Source: Guillardia theta CCMP2712 (Eukaryota > Protista > Cryptophyta). From it: a DNA stretch of 64,000 nt. Position numbers and translations under genes: made by a program. A model generated the notes under the pieces. The model ran no database searches, had not been told where the DNA came from, and saw only the letters and a list, made by a program, of their open reading frames with translations. This document shows, in pieces, positions 59,183 through 64,000 of this stretch; within the stretch, counting starts at the first letter, position 1, and each line of letters starts with the position of its first letter. Location of the stretch: positions 435,714-499,713 of the forward strand of contig NW_005434659.1 of the NCBI RefSeq assembly GCF_000315625.1, written 5' to 3'.

Positions 59183-59851
59183 TGTCCTTGGCACGTCAGG
59201 CAGGCAGATCTACAGGAGGAGGAGGAGGAGGAGGAGGAGGAGGAGGAGGACGAGGAGGAGGACGAGGAGGAGGAGGTCTCAAGGAGGAGGAAGAGGCGGG
59301 CGGGGGGGGGAAGAGGGACGAGAGTGAGATAGAGAGGAGAAGGGGACGGAGGAGGTCTCAAGGAGGAGGAGGAGGAGGTCAAGGACGATGGTGTGAGAGG
59401 CAGGGCATGTGAGCGAGTTCGTGCATGGTATAGCTCCCCGATTCCCGGCCCAGCATATCCCTCCCTCTCTTTCACAGTCCGCCTCAGAAGACTTTGTTAC
59501 AAGGTCCGCCTCGCAAGTGAGTTTCACTCAGCCGCCGGCCTGAAGTTGCCCGGGCCGCCGCCGGGCCTGGCCTGTCCCCCGGGCACACTGCGTTCAGGGC
59601 CTTCCCTAATTCACCGTGTCCGTCTGGCAACGCCAGCGAAATCACAACTGACTGGGCCCTCGGACTCTCAGGGCCTGGCAAGGCGGGCCTGCGGCAGTGC
59701 CATGATTGTTTCATGGGTATTCAATTAATCATGTTAGACACTTTCAAGTGACTGCAAACTTCAGTGAAAGGCGGTGGACACGGCGAAACCTGTACAGCCA
59801 GAAAGGCAACGAGTCGCCTGCGGATAACACAAGGCAAATCATTCATATACA

Positions 59852-61060
59852 TCATTCAGTCTGCCCTTCACTCGTCGGGCTCGGAGACGTCTCCGCAGGT
59901 TTGTCGCTGGCCGGTGCATCAGGGTTTTGTTGCTGTTTCATGGGGCAGTAAGGAGAAGACTGAGACAAGTGGACAAGCACTGACCTGGTACATGAGGGAC
60001 AACCTCGCCACGACCTTCACTCCGTTCAGCACCTTGCGAGCGCGTCTTGCCTTGATGTACTCCTTGAGAACCTTGCCCTGGCCCAGATCCTCGTTCGAGA
60101 CGCTTTCAATGTTGTCCATCAGTGAATGTTTCAGGCACTCCATGCTCGTCGGCCTCTTCTTCTGATCCACTGTGAGCAGGAGAGACACATACTGCCTCGT
60201 TTCCTTGGAAACATTCTTCCATGGATCTTTAGGAAACTTGACCTCGCCTTTCTGAATCAGAGACAAGAGCTCAGCCAAATTCTCGCTGTAAAATGGCGGG
60301 TAGCCAGCAAGCATGGTATACAAGATCACACCAGTTGCCCACACGTCGACCTTGGCATCGTATTTGACTCTTGTGCCTCTCCCTTGCGAAGCAATCATGA
60401 CAACTTCCGGAGCAAGATAGTCTGGGGTCCCACAGACTGTATTCATGCTCTGTTCACCCATTACAGGACGCAGACTCGACAGTCCAAAGTCAGCAATCTT
60501 CAGGTGCATGTACTCCGGCTTCGACGGGTTGTCAGACACCATCAGCAAGTTTTCTGGTTTGAGATCACGATGGCAAGCTCCAACCGAGTGCATGTGAGCA
60601 ATGCCTTCGAGAATCTGCTTGCAAGCTTCAGTCCATCCTGCTCACTGAAATGGCCCATATCTACAATCCTGTCGAATAGCTCCCCTCCCACTGCAAGCTC
60701 TTCCACCAAGTGCACTGCCTTCTTGTCTTCGAACACTTCCACCAACTTGATGCATCTCGGATGCGCCACTGCGATCATGATCCGAACTTCATGATCCAGC
60801 AGCTCTCTATCATAGTTCTCGTGCGACTTGAGCAAAGTCTTGATAGCAAACTTCTCACCAGTTTCTTTGTTGGTGCCTACTGCACATGATGCAAAGCTAC
60901 CCGATCCCAATTTCTTCCCGAAGGTGTACTTCTCTGTGATGGCAAGTTGTTGATAATTTCCCTTAGACCAATCGGCATCCGCTATTCCACCTACACCGAC
61001 CTTGCCATTCACTTGTGGGTCTGACTGATTCACAGCTTGCGAAGAGCTTCCACAACCCAT
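59852..61060 (-). CDS. CAMK-group (CaMK1-like) Ser/Thr kinase with N-acylation motif; 1-nt frameshift at ~60620 in this sequence
   Basis: [53 protein letters not shown] and [10 protein letters not shown]. The two halves lie in different frames. Last intron ~59935-59984. Confidence 0.9.
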
Positions 61061-61879
61061 CTCTATCAGATGATTGTCTCTTGCAGCAACCAGTCTTCAA
61101 TCTTGTTCAGGTGGGAAAGCAACGGATTGAGTGCCCTTCATTCGGTATAGCCTTTGCTTGACCTACGACGTCCCATCGAGAATTTCCTGGAACATTTACC
61201 TCAGAAACAAAGTCACGACTAAAATCTTTGCTTGAGAGAAAAAAAACCTATATCTCCTCATTCAGCAATACAATTCAAACAATACTGACAAAACTATTCT
61301 TCGTCTTGCAGGGAAATAACACCTATCTACATCTATTTTCGTTTGTAGTTACAATCAATTGCAGTACAGCACCAGTAACAACCCAGGGATGCTCTCCTAT
61401 TCTGAGTTGATTCTATCCTCCTAATACATCCCCCCCTCATCCTCCCTCCTCCCTCTAGATCCCTCTTTCAACGTCTCCGCACAACCCGTTGCACCATTGA
61501 GGCATCATGCTGTGGTAGGAGGTGGTAGGAGGGCTAGCACAGGGTCCTAGAATCCTAAAATATTTCGTTATATCCTAAAATTATAGGTCTTATGCACCTC
61601 CTAGTCCCAGGTCCTAGGACCTACGGTTGGTGGTACCTAACGGCGGCTAAACACTTGAACTTTTAGCAGGATACTAAAACAACTTTACAAAACCTTTTTG
61701 GGCTGGTTTTTAAAGGAGATAGTTACTTAGCGGAGTGTACCAGAACCGGTACATATCAGGACCAAAACATTAAAATGGTAGTGACTTATCATCCCCTCCC
61801 TTCTAATCAAAATCATTTTATGTGGTACAAATTTTATAGCCGTACAAAATGTTTTGTTAATTATAGAAATGGCTATACG

Positions 61880-62600
61880 AGGCTTGACGGTCATGATCGG
61901 TCGATCATGCCGGGCCGAGAGTCCCGGCCGGCCGGGCGATCATCCGGCCCGGGGCCCGGGGATCACCTGACTCCGAGGCCGAGTCAGTGACACAGTGATG
62001 GCATTGCGACCGTTGGCTGGGGGCCCCGGACCGTATGAGTCACCCCTGTGGACTCCTCAGTGACTGAGTCACTAATCACGTCACGGCGTGCCAGGCGGCC
62101 GGGCCGCAGTACAATAGGTGATCAGACTCTGTCTCCGATCAGATGATACTTGTGACCGTATCATAGTAGTATCGGACAGTGATCAACTTTCGTTGAAGTT
62201 ATCACCGAAGTCGTGACACTCAGTGACTATGACAGGCGTGAGGCCGCAAGATGCCAAAATTGAAAACTTGAAAACTTGGCAACTGAACCGTTCCGAAGGC
62301 CCGGAGGCCAGATGATCCACTGCCGTCGCTGAAAGGCTGGACGGCCGGCAGTCACGAGGTTCGCTGCCCGCCTTTCAACTAAGAAGCCTGTTTGGCAAGG
62401 TTTCCAGGCTATCGGTAGTATGTCTACTTTACCACCGGTAAGGTTCACCTGCACGCGCGAGCTGATCTGCGAATTCGGCACGCAGCCGCCCGCCGCCGCC
62501 GCGCGGGCGGGCTGAAATCACAGGCTTGGCGAGTGGGCCGATCGCCGGATGAGACGGTCACGAGTCACGGAGCTATTATCATCACAGCAACTCAGTCAGG
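61880..62600. promoter_or_regulatory. GC-rich palindromic island with TGAGTCA/GTGAC motifs
   Basis: AGTGACT-G-AGTCACT at 62059-62073, TGAGTCA at 62036 and 62065, and CCGG clusters. Confidence 0.4.
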
Positions 62601-62800
62601 CATTGAATACTTGAATATCATACTTCTTATGCCACTGGACTGGAGGACACTATTGGCAAGTTGATGCGTCAAAAGCTACACTGCTCGCCGGACTCAAGCC
62701 GAAGAACGTAGTGTGACGCAATTCAATCATTCATTCATTCATTGAAGGTAAGAAAATTTACAGCAAGACAAGCACTTATGAGGGATAAAATGACAGGGAA

Positions 62801-63302
62801 TCAATATGACTCAACATGTTTCAAAGCCTCCTCAAGAAGCAGAGTCGTATCGAAGCAAGCCACCAGGTAACGAGGCCAATGGCCTTCCTCTTCCTCGGCA
62901 TGCACGCTTTGTTGAGCTGGCATCTCTGGCCTTTCGGCTTGGATGCCGTTCTTTGTGGAATCCTGGAAGAAGGCAAGGATTGAATCGACGTCCGATTTGC
63001 ATGGAGCAACAAGCTGCAGCGTCGGGGTAGCTCTCACGTAAGGCCACTTGTCGATGCCAACTCTTCGGCAAGCTTTCTTCAAGGCAGTCAATGAAATACC
63101 CTGAGAAGGAGAGGGAGGGCTGTCAGGTTCGGATACAGGATAACAGGGAAGTGCTCACCAGCATATTAGCTGCGTCTCCTTGCTTCATATGAAACATCAT
63201 CGAGATGTCCTTCTTTGACAGTGTAACAACTGATTTGCTAGCAGAAATGGATGTTTCACCAGCCTTTCTCCGTGGGAAAATCCTTGCGACGTCGGTAGTC
63301 AT
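62801..63302 (-). CDS. Small RWP-RK domain protein (2 exons)
   Basis: IFPRRKAGE...LSKKDISMMFHMKQGDAANML|GISLTALKKACRRVGIDKWPY joined by a GT-AG intron (~63102-63158). Confidence 0.85.
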
Positions 63303-64000
63303 GGCTGAAGATAAGAGATCTGGGATTGACCAGGGTTGAAACAAAGTGCTGAGTCGGGATATGGATAGGTCGTAGGAGCCTGATGCTAGGTGCAGAGGGA
63401 TCAAGTAGGATGAAGTGCAAGGAAGCGGAGACACAAGGTGAGGATTGAAGTTTGCTGGAAACAAAATGAGAGGAGGGGAAGTTTAAATACAGGTGATATG
63501 GAGCAACAGGCTGGTGTAATAGGAGGAACACGTGGGCGAGGAGGAGCAAGCGCAGTTCAAGAGCCTGAGGTGCAAGGGGCCACTGGACAGGAGTTCTCCT
63601 TGCGGTGCTCCGAACCGTTGTGCTTGAGCTCGGGTGGAACTATGCTGACAGTTGCCCGCTCGAGATATGTCCCTTGATCAACCGACCGGAGGTCCGGATG
63701 TACTGTACCCCCATCGTCATAAGGGTTATAACCTATCAAAAGGGGGGTGGGGTGTTGAGTGATACATTGGGGGAAGGGGAGCTGTCTATTGAGTTGAGGT
63801 GAGAGAGGAGAGAAATGATAATTGAGGTACTAATGGATTGATACTAACAAGGAAATACTGCAAAGGAGCTTGTCGGGGGGTGCAGCTACGTATCCCTGCT
63901 TCTATCCTATTTGAAATGTATCGTTTTTGAATTCATACAGATTGAGTCGATGACTTTACTACGAAGCAGTCATGACCTGTAAGCTCGAAACGACTGCGTT

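Overview
Gene-dense eukaryotic nuclear DNA, not bacterial. It has many ~45-60 nt GT-AG introns, abundant simple repeats, two RWP-RK factors and a bipartite plastid-targeting presequence. This points to an alga with a secondary plastid, most plausibly a cryptophyte (Guillardia/Hanusia-like); that assignment is inference. About 23 protein genes were reconstructed by hand-splicing ORF fragments: an ankyrin protein, a small plastid protein, NDUFAF8-like, TPR-GT41 (OGT-like), a WD40-LRR-C2 protein, RWP-RK x2, a CTDNEP1/Nem1-like phosphatase, a GT10+GT2-like fusion, eIF5A, SPRTN, fatty acyl-CoA reductase, an intronless bacterial-type ParA/Soj-like ATPase, TFIIH p52 (Tfb2), a CENP-C-motif protein, a MORN protein, coiled-coil proteins, an ARM-like protein, a sulfotransferase-like protein, Trx-TPR-GT47 and a CaMK-like kinase with a 1-nt frameshift. 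No rRNA, tRNA, CRISPR array or recognisable transposon was seen. The most notable items are the prokaryote-type ParA ATPase embedded among housekeeping genes, several secretory glycosylation enzymes with unusual architectures, and a recurring modular intergenic structure (AT-rich, TACCCC-rich and CCGG/TGAGTCA-palindromic zones). Boundaries of spliced genes are approximate, and all family calls rest on motif recognition rather than database searches.
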